Positions 41,378-53,329 of a stretch of 64,000 bases of DNA are shown piece by piece. Made by a program: the position numbers and the translations under genes. This DNA comes from Alphaproteobacteria bacterium. Its GTDB lineage: Bacteria > Pseudomonadota > Alphaproteobacteria > SP197. The notes under the pieces were generated by a model, which did no database searches, was not told the origin of the DNA, and worked only from the letters and a program-made list of their open reading frames with translations. The DNA is taken from NCBI GenBank assembly GCA_964291415.2, contig OZ219920.1, forward strand, positions 1,280,001 through 1,344,000. Reading direction: 5' to 3'. The first letter of the stretch is position 1. Every line of letters starts with the position of its first letter.

Positions 41378-41758
41378 CTTCTCTCCCTCCCCGCAGTCTG
41401 GTCCTTTCGGCAGTCTACATGATTCGGCAGCCACCGGGCACAGGACATTGCCCAGTCCGGTGATGCGACACGAGTGCGAATTCCGGAAATCACTGCCATA
41501 CGGGCCGTCGATGCTTCGATGCCTTCCACGCGTTCCCGGATTGCGCCGGTTGTCCTTCCACCAGACCCTGTCCACCTGCCACCGCTCGCGTGATGGCGGC
41601 GCCTTGAACAGATAATGAGAGAGGTGCCACGACCTCCGCATTCGGACTCACGGCATTGTGGGACATTGACGAGAGGACGTCCCGACATCGCGGGGAATGG
41701 AACCGTGTCACAGCTCATCCCTGGACAATTGCGGCCTTCGTGCCGCCGCACCGGGCGG

Positions 41759-43153
41759 TCAAGACGACCTCCTTGCTCTCCCTTGACGGTCCACGTACTT
41801 GCGTTTCAGTTCGGCCCGATGGCGGCGTTCGCCGACCCACCGGAATCCGCCAAACCAGACCTCGTTCACCTTGCCATCGCGCCCTCGTTCCAGTCGTGCC
41901 GGCTCGCCGTGAAGGCCGTAACCGCCTGAAAGGCTGATGGTCCCCTGGTCCTCTCCGGAAAGGGTAATCTCGTCGGCCGCGTTGAACGGGTCAAGACGGT
42001 CCGGCGGCGCCACGAGGACGCGGTTGCCGAAGGCCACGAGATCGACCGCCTCTCCGGAATTCCACCACCTGCCGGTCCATGAATGTGCGGAGGATCCGGG
42101 AAGTTGATTGTCCCGGAATGTCCTGAGGATTCGCACGATGCCGTCCGCCCACGCCTCGGCGGGGCCGTCGGTGGCATTGGTCAGAACGCAAAAACAGACC
42201 CTCGAGCCCGGCAACATCACCGTGCGGCTTCTGACACCCTGGAACGCACCGCCGTGGCCGGCCCACTCGAGTCCGCCAACGAACCCCAGACACATGCCGA
42301 GGCCATAGCCGTCATCTTCGGAGGTGTGGGGATCACGCCACTGCCAGCGGATCATGGCCCGCCGGCTTTCGGGTGTGAGAACGCTTCGTGGTGAGTCGGG
42401 ATCGAGGCTTGCGAAAAAGCGGACCAGATCGCCTGCCGTCGAGACGAAGCCGGTCGCCGCCGCCAGGGCATGGGTGGGATTGTCGGCGGGAATGACGAAA
42501 CGCCTGTCCAGCGGAAGGTTGGTGCCGTGCCCCCGTGCCAGGGGCGCCCCCCTGGCAACCGGCATGTCGGGCGTCGTTTCGCCGAGACCTGATGCGCGAA
42601 GGATGTTTCGCGTTGTCCACGACGCATAGGTTTCGCCGGTCACCGATTCGATCACCAGGCCGAGCAATCCGAACCCGTGATTGGAGTACTTCATGCGGCT
42701 GTCAGAGGGAATCACGAGCGGCTGGGCAAGGGCAGCGCGAAGTTCAGCCTCGTCGGCGAACGCACGCTCGTCGATCCATTGACCGGCATCCCTGCCGTCC
42801 CGCACCACGCCGGCGCCGTGGGAGAGGAGTTGAGAGAGCGTCGCGCTGGACACAGACGGGTGAAGTCCTTCGATGTAGTCTCCCGCCGGATCATCGAGGC
42901 GCAGCTTGCCTTCCTCCTTCAGACGAAGGATGGCCGCTGCGGTGAAGCTCTTCGAGTGGGAGGCGACCCGGAAACGGTGGCGCGGAGTCATCCGTTGCCG
43001 TCGCACGATGTCGGCATGGCCATAGGCCCTCTCGAACGTGACGCGCCCCTTGTGGGCGAACGCAAGGACACAGCCCGGTTGCCGGGTGAGACGCATCTGG
43101 AAGTCGAGCCACTCGTCCACATAGCGAATTGCGTTGCCGAGCCATTTCCTCAT
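41759..43153 (-). CDS. serine hydrolase, beta-lactamase class C / AmpC-like family
   Basis: FRVASHSKSF (SxxK), KYSN (YxN) and GHGG motifs. Confidence 0.9.
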   Translation of the reverse strand: MRKWLGNAIRYVDEWLDFQMRLTRQPGCVLAFAHKGRVTFERAYGHADIVRRQRMTPRHRFRVASHSKSFTAAAILRLKEEGKLRLDDPAGDYIEGLHPSVSSATLSQLLSHGAGVVRDGRDAGQWIDERAFADEAELRAALAQPLVIPSDSRMKYSNHGFGLLGLVIESVTGETYASWTTRNILRASGLGETTPDMPVARGAPLARGHGTNLPLDRRFVIPADNPTHALAAATGFVSTAGDLVRFFASLDPDSPRSVLTPESRRAMIRWQWRDPHTSEDDGYGLGMCLGFVGGLEWAGHGGAFQGVRSRTVMLPGSRVCFCVLTNATDGPAEAWADGIVRILRTFRDNQLPGSSAHSWTGRWWNSGEAVDLVAFGNRVLVAPPDRLDPFNAADEITLSGEDQGTISLSGGYGLHGEPARLERGRDGKVNEVWFGGFRWVGERRHRAELKRKYVDRQGRARRSS

Positions 43154-43199
43154 GCCTTGCCTCCCTTCACCTTCGGGTTTGGTGGATGCCCGTCATGCC

Positions 43200-44160
43200 T
43201 CATTCCGGTGCGTGCATGCGCTCGCCCTCGCGCAGAAGGACACCGGCACGTGTTGCGAGAAGAGTGTCGAGCCAGTCAGGGTCCATCTCCGGCACCGATG
43301 CGAGAAGCATCTCCGTGTACTCGCGATGCGGCGGTTCCAGGATTTCGCTGGTGGCTCCATGCTCGACCACCCTGCCCTCGAGCATGACCACGATCTCGTC
43401 CGAAATGACCTTCACTGTGGCAAGGTCCGTGCGTGATGAAGAGGTAGGATACACCCAGTTCGTTCTGCAGCCGTTGCAGGAGTTTCGGGATCTCCGCCGC
43501 AACGAGCTGGTCGAGTGCCGGCGTCACTTCGTCACAGTTGATGAGATCCGGCTGTGCGGCAAGGGTGCGGGCGATGGCGACATGCTGTTTCTCGCCACCC
43601 GAGAGTTCGGACGGATAGCGGCCGGCATAGTGGTCGGGCAGCTCGATCTGCTCCAGTAGTTCCCTGACCCGGTTCTGTTTCTTTGCACCTCGCATGGTAG
43701 AGAGTCCCAAGAGGATGTGTCCGGCCTCGGCCGGCAGGAGACCGGTGATCACGCGCGCCAACGTACTCGTGCTGCCTCCAGATTCACCAACCAACGCGAC
43801 CGTCTTGCTTCTGGTAACTTCATGTCTGAGCCCCGGGACGCCATCAACGCAGGTAGCCGACACGTCACTCATCTCGAGAAGACGCTGTCCCTTCTCCGGG
43901 TGCGCAACCCTCTCACCACCTCCCTTGCGTACTGACAGGAGTTCCCGCGGGTCGCTCCTGCGAGGATTGGCACGAAGGAACTCCGTGCGGCCTTCCTCCA
44001 CGAGATCGCCCTGGCGCAGGACCATGATGCGATCGGCGACCTGCGGGACCACGGCCAGATCACGTGTGATGCACATGGCTGCCGAATTGAGATCCTTGAT
44101 GGCCGCGAGGACCTCGATCTGCGTGGTCACGTTGAGTGCCATTGTCGTCCCTCGAGCCGG
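43200..44160 (-). pseudogene. degraded dipeptide/oligopeptide ABC ATP-binding gene
   Basis: Fragments ALNVTTQIEVL, broken Walker A GESGGSTST, YPSELSGGEKQ and CDEVTPALDQLV, with internal deletions. Frameshift near 43430 into DLATVKVISDEIVVM...HREYT..LL.SVPE. Confidence 0.85.
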
Positions 44161-44354
44161 TTCTGGGCACGCATCATGATGGCGGGATCGACCGCTGTGG
44201 CAACGAGCCTCGACAACCAGGTCATATGGCCTCATTCCATGTGTTCCGGCGCGGAAGATCCGGCGTGAGCAGCCGGCTGCGTTCACGCGATTGATCGCGT
44301 GACGGAGTTCGGATTAGGGTGCCGCTGACCCGTCACTTCAGGAAGACATCGACC

Positions 44355-45545
44355 GTGAACACGATCCCTTCCCGCCCCTCCTTCAAGTGGGACGACCCGT
44401 TTCTGCTCGACGAACAGCTCGACGAGGACGAACGCATGATCCGCGATTCCACGCGGCAGTTCTGCGAGGACTACCTGGCGCAGCGGGTGACGAAGGACTT
44501 TCGCGAGGAGGCCGGGGACCGCGAGATCATCCGCCGCATGGGCGAGATGGGACTGCTTGGGGCGACAATCGACGGCTATGGCTGTGCGGGCATCAGTCAG
44601 GTCGCATACGGTCTCATCGCCTTCGAGATCGAGCGGATCGACAGCGCCTACCGTTCCTCGGCCTCGGTGCAGTCGAGCCTGGTGATGCACCCCATCCACG
44701 CTTTCGGAACCGAGGAACAGCGCCAGAAGTACCTCCCGGCACTGGCCAGCGGCGCCATGGTCGGGGCATTCGGTCTCACCGAGCCCGATCACGGCTCCGA
44801 TCCCGGTTCCATGACCACCCGGGCGCGCGCGGTGGCCGGCGGATACCGGTTGAACGGCGCGAAGATGTGGATCTCGAATTCGCCAATCGCCGATGTGATG
44901 GTGGTCTGGGCCAAGGATGACGAGGGCGCCATCAGGGGTTTCCTTATCGAACGAGGCATGGAGGGACTGTCGACTCCGGAAATCGAGGGAAAATTCAGTC
45001 TGCGCGCCAGTCCGACCGGCGAGATCGTCATGGAGAATGTCTTCTGTCCGGAGGAGAACGCATTCCCGGAGATCCGCGGTCTGAAAGGCCCCTTCAGCTG
45101 TCTCAACAACGCCCGCTACGGCATCGCCTGGGGAGCACTCGGGGCAGCGACCTACTGCTGGCAGGCAGCCCGCTCCTACACGCTGGAACGCACCCAGTTC
45201 GGGCGGCCGCTGGCCGCCAACCAGCTCATTCAGAAAAAACTTGCCGACATGCAAACGGAGATTGCCGTCGGACTGCAGGCCTGCCTGAGGGTGGGTCGCC
45301 TCAAGGCAGAAGGCCGGGCAACACCGGAGATGGTCTCTCTCATCAAGCGCAATTCATGCGGCAAGGCACTCGATGTTGCCCGCGCATCCCGCGACATGCA
45401 CGGCGGCAACGGGGTGAGCGATCAGTACGGTGTCATTCGCCACGTGCTGAACCTCGAAGCCGTCAACACCTACGAGGGCACTCATGACATCCACGCCCTC
45501 ATTCTCGGCCGCGCCCAGACCGGAATTCAGGCCTTCACTGGCTGA
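44355..45545 (+). CDS. gcdH: glutaryl-CoA dehydrogenase
   Basis: [34 protein letters not shown] and [20 protein letters not shown]. Confidence 0.93.
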   Translation: MNTIPSRPSFKWDDPFLLDEQLDEDERMIRDSTRQFCEDYLAQRVTKDFREEAGDREIIRRMGEMGLLGATIDGYGCAGISQVAYGLIAFEIERIDSAYRSSASVQSSLVMHPIHAFGTEEQRQKYLPALASGAMVGAFGLTEPDHGSDPGSMTTRARAVAGGYRLNGAKMWISNSPIADVMVVWAKDDEGAIRGFLIERGMEGLSTPEIEGKFSLRASPTGEIVMENVFCPEENAFPEIRGLKGPFSCLNNARYGIAWGALGAATYCWQAARSYTLERTQFGRPLAANQLIQKKLADMQTEIAVGLQACLRVGRLKAEGRATPEMVSLIKRNSCGKALDVARASRDMHGGNGVSDQYGVIRHVLNLEAVNTYEGTHDIHALILGRAQTGIQAFTG

Positions 45546-45553
45546 CGAGAGCG

Positions 45554-45582
45554 TTGACAATTGCGATCCGGAGACATAGTTA
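45554..45582 (+). promoter_or_regulatory. sigma70-type promoter
   Basis: Perfect TTGACA at 45554 and a weak -10 (CATAGT/TAGTTA) directly upstream of the riboswitch-like element. Confidence 0.5.
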
Positions 45583-45635
45583 ACCGGATCAAGGGGAATG
45601 ATCGCCCCTGGATGATCCGCCTTCTCAAGGCGGGT

Positions 45636-45685
45636 CCGCGGGATTTGATAGGGCAGCTTGCGTCCGCGATACCAACCGCTAAAGC
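45636..45685 (+). ncRNA. SAM-II (SAM_alpha) riboswitch
   Basis: CGCGG-GATTTGA-...-CTTGC-GT-CCGCG-...-GCTAAAG. P1 (CGCGG/CCGCG) plus the conserved GAUUU, UUGC and GCUAAA elements of SAM-II. Confidence 0.75.
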
Positions 45686-45851
45686 GCCACGGATCGTTCT
45701 CCGTGGGCCCTGAAGGGACCGGAGACCGATCTTGCCTTCTCCTACAGCATTACAGGATCACCACTGTCGGCGCGAGACGGCAGCGGAGTTCCACGGGATT
45801 GTCCCGGCAGCGGCCATGCCTTCTGGCGGCGGAGCGGCCCTGACGGGATAG

Positions 45852-46976
<1,125 letters not shown>

Positions 46977-47035
46977 TGGACGAAAGGCCCTGCTTCATGT
47001 GATGGTCCGGCCCCACTCCAGGAGGGTTGCCGTTC

Positions 47036-48199
47036 ATGCCCGACGGGCCGCTCAATGACATCACGGTCATCGACCTGACACGGGTCCTCGCCGGACCCTA
47101 CTGCACCATGATGCTGCACGACCTCGGTGCGCGGGTCATCAAGGTCGAACAACCGGGATCAGGCGATGATGCCAGGGAAATCGGACCATTCCTGGGGCCG
47201 CTCTCGGGCTACTTTGCCTCGATCAACCGCGGCAAGGAGAGTATCGCGCTCGATCTCAGGAACGACAGTGACCGCAAGGTGTTCGAGCTGCTTCTTGGTT
47301 CCGCCGACGTGCTCATCGAGAATTTCCGGCCCGGCGTCATGGAGCGCCTCGGCTATCCGTGGGCAGTTCTGAAGGAACGGCATCCAGGCCTCGTCTATGC
47401 TGCCGTGTCCGGATTCGGCCAGAATGGCCCCTACAGCAACCGACCGGCATACGATCTGGTTGTCCAGGCCATGGGCGGGGTCATGAGTCTCACCGGACAT
47501 CCGGGAGGCGAACCGACGCGTGTCGGCACCTCGATCGGTGACATTGCGGCGGCTCTCTTCACGACAGTCGGCATCACGTCGGCCCTCCACCACAGGGCGC
47601 GAACCGGTGAAGGGGGCATGATCGACGTGGCGATGCTCGATTGCCAGATCGCCATACTGGAGAATGCGATCGTCCGCCATGCCGCCACCGGCGAGATCCC
47701 CGGTCCGCTTGGCACACGCCACCCTTCGATCGTGCCCTTTGACGCATTCAGGACCGGTGACGGCCACATCGTCATTGCGGCAGGAAATGACGACCTCTTC
47801 CAGAAGCTCTGCGATGTCCTCGAACTCCCGCACCTTGCCGCCGACGGCCGCTTTGCCACCAACGCCATGCGGGCGGGTCACGTCGATGCCCTCCAGGAGG
47901 AGCTCGAGAAGGTGCTGACCGGCAGACCGGGTGAGCACTGGCTCGCCCTGCTTCAGGATGCCGGGGTTCCCTGCGGTTCCATCAACACGGTCGCGGATGT
48001 CATGGCTGACCCACACGTTGCGTCGCGCAACATGATCGTCACTGCCGAGGATGCCCGGGCGGGTGCCATCAGGATGTCAGGCAACCCCATCAAGTTTTCC
48101 GCGTTCGATGATCCTGCGCGACGCGGCAACGTCCCGGGTCTCGACGAACATCGCGAGTCGATTCTCCGGGAACTTCGCGACAGGGAATCAGCCGGATGA
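47036..48199 (+). CDS. class III CoA transferase (CaiB/BaiF)
   Basis: DLTRVLAGPYC, GARVIKVE, NRGKES and ENFRPG motifs. Confidence 0.93.
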   Translation: MPDGPLNDITVIDLTRVLAGPYCTMMLHDLGARVIKVEQPGSGDDAREIGPFLGPLSGYFASINRGKESIALDLRNDSDRKVFELLLGSADVLIENFRPGVMERLGYPWAVLKERHPGLVYAAVSGFGQNGPYSNRPAYDLVVQAMGGVMSLTGHPGGEPTRVGTSIGDIAAALFTTVGITSALHHRARTGEGGMIDVAMLDCQIAILENAIVRHAATGEIPGPLGTRHPSIVPFDAFRTGDGHIVIAAGNDDLFQKLCDVLELPHLAADGRFATNAMRAGHVDALQEELEKVLTGRPGEHWLALLQDAGVPCGSINTVADVMADPHVASRNMIVTAEDARAGAIRMSGNPIKFSAFDDPARRGNVPGLDEHRESILRELRDRESAG

Positions 48200-50586
48200 G
48201 GAGATTCGTGCGCCGTATGGCCAGCGTCCTCCTTGTCATCCTGCTGATGGTGCCGGCCATCGGCGCCGGCCTTTACGTCTGGCTCAGGACCTCGCTTCCC
48301 GACATTGACGGCACGATTGCAGTCGAAGGCGTCTCCGGGCCCGTCGACATCCTGCGCGATGAATGGGGCATTCCCCACATCCACGCAAGCTCGCCCGAGG
48401 ACGCCTACTTCGGACTCGGTTTCGTTCACGCCCAGGACCGCTTCTTCCAGATGGAGATGCAACGCCGTGGCGCTCAGGGACGGATCGCGGAACTCGTGGG
48501 TTCGCTGGCTGTCGACAACGACCGGTTCCTGCGCTTGCTTGATCTCTACCGAGCGGCACGTTCGTCCCTTGCCTCCCTTTCTCCCGAAACGCGTGCCGTC
48601 CTCGAGGCCTATTCGGCAGGCGTGAATGCCTGGCTCGCCACACACTCCGGGCCTCCGGCGCCGGAACTGGCGCTTCTGCTGGCCGGCGAGCCTGGACCCT
48701 GGCATCCCGCCGATTCCGTCTCCTGGCTGAAGGTCATGGCCCTATTGCTCTCGGGAAACTGGCGCGAAGAGGCGCTGCATGCGGCGCTGGTGCAGCGACT
48801 GGGAGCGGAGAAGGCTGCGAGTTTCTTTCCCTCCTCTCCCGACAGTGGCACAACCGTCATCGGCCTCGATGAAGGCTTTGATTTCGCGGAATTCGCGACA
48901 CTCTTCGCCCGTCTCCTTCCCGACACCAACAACGGCTCCAACAACTGGGCGGTGAGCGGCGAACATACAGTTTCGGGATTCCCGCTCGCCGCCAACGACC
49001 CCCATCTCGGCTTCGCCATCCCCGCGGTCTGGTATCTCGCCCACCTGGCGGCGCCCGGACTGAACGTTGCCGGCGCCACCATGCCCGGCTTGCCGCTGGT
49101 TCTCGTCGGCACCAACGGCGCCATCGCCTGGACGCTTTCCAACACCGGACCCGACACCCAGGATCTCTTCATCGAACGTCGTGACCCCGACAACCCGGAT
49201 CGCTACCTGACGCCTTCCGGATCGCTGCCCTTTGCGGTGCGCGATGAAACCATCGCCGTCAGGTTTGCCAGAAATCAGCAGGTCACGATGCTTGAAACCC
49301 GCCACGGTCCGGTCCTGACAGGCATGGTCAGTTCCCTCGAAGGCGACACCGACGACGACGAAGTGCTCGCACTCGCCTGGACCATGCTGCATGACGATGA
49401 TCAGAGCGCGACTGCGGCACTTCTCCTCCACACGGCCGAGAACTGGCAGGCCTTCAACAGCGCAGGCCGCAACTTCGCCGGTCCGATGCAGAACATCATC
49501 TATGCCGACAGGGACGGTTCAATCGGAATGCTGTCTCCAGGGCTCGTGCCCGTGCGCCGCTCCGGTGACGGCCGCCTTCCGGTCGAAGGGAGTTCCGGCG
49601 AAGCGGACTGGATAGGACGCATCCCCTTCGACGAACTGCCCCGCGTGCTGGACCCGCCGTCCGGAATCGTCGCTGCGGCCAACAGCCGCCCGGTCGGCAA
49701 GGACTACCCCTACTTCCTCAGTCATCGTTGGGAACCTGAATGGCGGGCGCAGCGCATTCATGGCGTTCTGGAAGGCGGGACACCTCACGACCCGACCAGC
49801 TTCTTCCGCCTCCAGCTTGACACATGGTCGGGTCTTGCCTCGGCCCTGGTTCCCCATGCGCTGGCCGGCGAACCGCAGACCACGGCCGGCCGATTGTTGC
49901 AGATTCGCCTGGAGGACTGGGACTACTCCATGGATGCCGACCTTGTAGCGCCCACGATCTTTCATACCTGGTATCGCGCTCTCACGCGGGCCATCTACGC
50001 GGACGAACTGGGCGACCTCTTCGCAAGGGCATGGAGGGACCGCCCGCTCTTTACTCTTGCAACGCTCGGCGATGACGTCCATGGCTGGTGCAACGATACC
50101 CTGACCGGCGAGACCCTCACGTGTGCCGAGGTCTCCGGCCGCGCCCTTGACGAGGCAGCGGACACGCTTGCCAGGGCACATGGCAGTGACCCGTCCCGCT
50201 GGGTCTGGGGTGATGTCCACGCGATGCACCTGCACCACCCTCTGTTTGGTCTCGTTCCCGTTCTCGACGCCCTGACCGGTGTCAGCATCCCGTTGGGCGG
50301 TGACGGCTACAGCGTCGCTGCCACGAGCTACCGTCTCGCGTCCGGAGAGGAGACGTTCAACACCTTCCACGGTCCGGTACTGCGCGCCGTGATCGACCTC
50401 GACGATCCCGTGACAGGACACTTCATCACCATGCCCGGACAGTCAGGCAACCCCCTGTCGCCGTACTATGACAACCTGGTTGAGCGCTGGCATGCCAATC
50501 AACCTGTGGCCATTGTTCCAGGCGGCAGGATCGCCAATGCCGCCCATCACCTCGTTCTCACGCCCGCCAGCCCGACAACACCGTAA
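48196..50586 (+). CDS. penicillin acylase family (Ntn hydrolase) protein
   Basis: RDEWGIPHI, GFVHAQDR, GSNNWAV, ANDPHL and GQSGNP.SPYY motifs. Confidence 0.93.
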   Translation: MRRFVRRMASVLLVILLMVPAIGAGLYVWLRTSLPDIDGTIAVEGVSGPVDILRDEWGIPHIHASSPEDAYFGLGFVHAQDRFFQMEMQRRGAQGRIAELVGSLAVDNDRFLRLLDLYRAARSSLASLSPETRAVLEAYSAGVNAWLATHSGPPAPELALLLAGEPGPWHPADSVSWLKVMALLLSGNWREEALHAALVQRLGAEKAASFFPSSPDSGTTVIGLDEGFDFAEFATLFARLLPDTNNGSNNWAVSGEHTVSGFPLAANDPHLGFAIPAVWYLAHLAAPGLNVAGATMPGLPLVLVGTNGAIAWTLSNTGPDTQDLFIERRDPDNPDRYLTPSGSLPFAVRDETIAVRFARNQQVTMLETRHGPVLTGMVSSLEGDTDDDEVLALAWTMLHDDDQSATAALLLHTAENWQAFNSAGRNFAGPMQNIIYADRDGSIGMLSPGLVPVRRSGDGRLPVEGSSGEADWIGRIPFDELPRVLDPPSGIVAAANSRPVGKDYPYFLSHRWEPEWRAQRIHGVLEGGTPHDPTSFFRLQLDTWSGLASALVPHALAGEPQTTAGRLLQIRLEDWDYSMDADLVAPTIFHTWYRALTRAIYADELGDLFARAWRDRPLFTLATLGDDVHGWCNDTLTGETLTCAEVSGRALDEAADTLARAHGSDPSRWVWGDVHAMHLHHPLFGLVPVLDALTGVSIPLGGDGYSVAATSYRLASGEETFNTFHGPVLRAVIDLDDPVTGHFITMPGQSGNPLSPYYDNLVERWHANQPVAIVPGGRIANAAHHLVLTPASPTTP

Positions 50587-50598
50587 AGGACCCCGCTT

Positions 50599-51456
50599 GT
50601 GCAGACATCCATCGTGAAACGCGGTCAAGCCCCTCTACTCGTCAGTTTCCCTCACGTCGGCACCTGGCTTCCCGCGGCAATCGCCGACCGGATGACACCG
50701 ATTGCCCGGCACCTTCCTGACACCGACTGGCATGTCGACAGGCTCTACACCTGCACTGATGACCTCGATGCGACCGTGGTGACCGCCACCCATTCCCGCT
50801 ATGTCGTCGACCTCAACCGGGCGACGGACGAACGGATCCTCTATCCGGGAGAGGACACCTCCGAACTGGTCCCCCTCACGACCTTCGACCACGAGGAAAT
50901 CTACCTCCCCGGACAGCGTCCCGACTCCCGGGCAATCGAGGAACGCATCGCGCTTTACTGGAAGCCCTGGCACGACACTCTCGCTGGCGAAATCGCCAGG
51001 CTGCGGAAGCACCATCGGCAGATCGTCCTTCTCGATGGTCACTCGATCCGCTCCGAAGTGCCGCGCCTCTTCGATGGCAGGCTGGCCGACTTCAATGTCG
51101 GAACGGCGGACGGCGCGGCGGCCCACCCGGAACTCCTCGAGCAGGTGGTGGCCCCTCTGACAGCGCAGAACGCGTTCAGCGTCGCCGTCAATGGTCGCTT
51201 CAAGGGGGGCTACATCACCCGCCACTACGGCAGGCCATCACGCGGTGTCCATGCCATCCAGCTGGAACTCTCCCAGGCGATCTACATGGAAGAGATCCTG
51301 CCCCTGCGCTGGCGTGACGACTCTGCGCGGAGCGTTTGCGACATCATCAGGCGATACGTGACAGCAGCCCTCGACTGGATCAACAGCGACACCGGCTCCG
51401 GCGTACCTCTTCAGGACCATTCAAGGTCTGAAACATCGGGTGTCAGCGAACGGTAG
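50599..51456 (+). CDS. hutG: N-formylglutamate deformylase
   Basis: PLLVSFPH.GT, DTDWH, SRYVVDLNR, DGHSIRS, NGRFKGGYITR and HAIQLEL motifs. Confidence 0.9.
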   Translation: MQTSIVKRGQAPLLVSFPHVGTWLPAAIADRMTPIARHLPDTDWHVDRLYTCTDDLDATVVTATHSRYVVDLNRATDERILYPGEDTSELVPLTTFDHEEIYLPGQRPDSRAIEERIALYWKPWHDTLAGEIARLRKHHRQIVLLDGHSIRSEVPRLFDGRLADFNVGTADGAAAHPELLEQVVAPLTAQNAFSVAVNGRFKGGYITRHYGRPSRGVHAIQLELSQAIYMEEILPLRWRDDSARSVCDIIRRYVTAALDWINSDTGSGVPLQDHSRSETSGVSER

Positions 51457-51926
51457 TGTCCCTGGAAGTAGAGAAGAGGATCGGCCGGATCACCCAGCAT
51501 CATCGAAAAGGCCTCGCCGACAAAGATGACGTGATCACCGCCATCGTAGTGGAACCGCGTGTAGCACTCGAAGCGCGCCAGTGAACCCGGAAACATCGGG
51601 CATCCCGTCACGCCGGTCTCATAGGCGACATCCTTCCACTTGTCGACCGATGCCCGGGCGAAACGATCGGAGAGGGCGCGCTGGCGCGTCGACAGGATGT
51701 TCACGGCGAAGAAATCCGATGTTTCGAACTTGTTGAGACTGTGCGCTTCGCGGGACAGGCTGAACAGCACCATGGGCGGATCGAGCGACACCGCGTTGAA
51801 GGAATTCGCCGTGATTCCGAGGAGTTCGCCGTCGCGCGTCGAGGACGTGATGATCGTCACGCCAGTCGCGAACATGCCCAGTGCATCGCGCAACTGGCGT
51901 TTGGTGAAGGTCCGCTTGCGACTCAT
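51411..51926 (-). CDS. flavin reductase family protein
   Basis: RDALG.FATGVT, TANSF..VSLDPP, GGDHVIFVG and PLLYF motifs. Confidence 0.92.
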   Translation of the reverse strand: MSRKRTFTKRQLRDALGMFATGVTIITSSTRDGELLGITANSFNAVSLDPPMVLFSLSREAHSLNKFETSDFFAVNILSTRQRALSDRFARASVDKWKDVAYETGVTGCPMFPGSLARFECYTRFHYDGGDHVIFVGEAFSMMLGDPADPLLYFQGHYRSLTPDVSDLEWS

Positions 51927-52069
51927 GCCACCACCCATGCCTCCCCAGCCGTTGTACCAGCTAAGGCTGCCAACCGCCACTAGGACCTTTGTCTCGTGGA
52001 ACGCAACCGTGGCCGGCTACACCTGTCAGCCGGCCTGGCGCGGGCGCGCAGTGCGCCGCCAGATGCCGG

Positions 52070-52960
52070 TCACGTCTGCGCTGTTCTGCGTTCCGTGACG
52101 AGATACATCGCCACGGCCAGCAGGGCGACCGCTCCCCAGACCCACGCCGAATGGCTCTCCTGCCACAGCACGATGCCCCAGATGACACCGGACACCATGA
52201 CGAGGTAACCGGCGAACATCGCGAATACCGGACCCGCCGCAGAGATCAGGTAGAGAAAGATCACGTAAGAGGTCACGTTGATGACGGCAATGCTGCCCAC
52301 GGCCGCGGACACTCTATCCCACCCGGGCAGCAGGGCATCTGCAGAACCGCCAAGCAGCACCACTGGCAGCAACACAAGAGCGCTGGAAAGCAGCATGCCC
52401 GCCACCAGCATGATGGCATCGCCTTCCGGTGGTCGCCTGAGAGCAACGATCAGGCCTTCAATGGCATAGCACGTGGGAATGAACAATGTGATGAGGAGCC
52501 ACGCGGTCAGGGACTCCAGCCCGATCTCGAGATCCGGGAGAACGATGAGAAGCACGGCGGCAAAGCCCAGGGCAACGCCGGCAAGACGCCAGAATCTGTG
52601 CGGTTCAAATCCGAGAACGAGTGCGCCGAAGTAGGTGAAGATGGGTGCAAGCGCGATCACTATGGCGATCATGCCGGCCCCGACTTCGGGGGAGGCCGCA
52701 AAGATGATGGCCGTCGGGATCGTGGTCCCGGTGAAGCCGCACACCGTGTAGAACCACATGTGACGCCAGGACAGGTGGAACCTCTTGCCACGCACAAGCG
52801 TCAGGGCCAGGAGCACAAGTCCGCCGGCCAGGGATTGCAGGAACGTTGCATTGAGAGTATCCGCCCCCTCGGTCGTGGCCAGCCGCGCCAGACTTGGCAC
52901 CACGCCCCAGGCGATACCGATGAAGAGCAGGCAGGCTGTCAGCCACAACTGTCGACCCAT
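52070..52960 (-). CDS. DMT/EamA family transporter
   Basis: About 10 hydrophobic segments in two EamA repeats; AGPVFA..GYL. Confidence 0.85.
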   Translation of the reverse strand: MGRQLWLTACLLFIGIAWGVVPSLARLATTEGADTLNATFLQSLAGGLVLLALTLVRGKRFHLSWRHMWFYTVCGFTGTTIPTAIIFAASPEVGAGMIAIVIALAPIFTYFGALVLGFEPHRFWRLAGVALGFAAVLLIVLPDLEIGLESLTAWLLITLFIPTCYAIEGLIVALRRPPEGDAIMLVAGMLLSSALVLLPVVLLGGSADALLPGWDRVSAAVGSIAVINVTSYVIFLYLISAAGPVFAMFAGYLVMVSGVIWGIVLWQESHSAWVWGAVALLAVAMYLVTERRTAQT

Positions 52961-53329
52961 GGTGATGCACTCTTCACTGTCGTTCCGTCGCCAGGAAGAC
53001 AGCTGAGCTCTCGTCCCGTGAGTGGCGCAAACCACTCTATCCCGGGAACCCCTGCCAGCAACAGGGTCCGATGATCGGGGTCCCGCATCCGGGTGCATCG
53101 GCGATCAACGCCCTGAACACCTGCGTTCCGTTTTGCCAACAGCGCGTCGAGGCGCAGGCTCTCGCCGGAAGCACCGTTCAACCCAACCGGTGTTCGCGCG
53201 GACGTGCGCCGTTCCCGTCACCGCATGGCCGCAATGCGACGTAGTGCTCGGCGATCGGATGTTTCGGACGAGCGAGGCTTGCCCGTTTTCGGAATTGCAC
53301 CTGCACCCGGGGCGTGACAACAATTTTCC

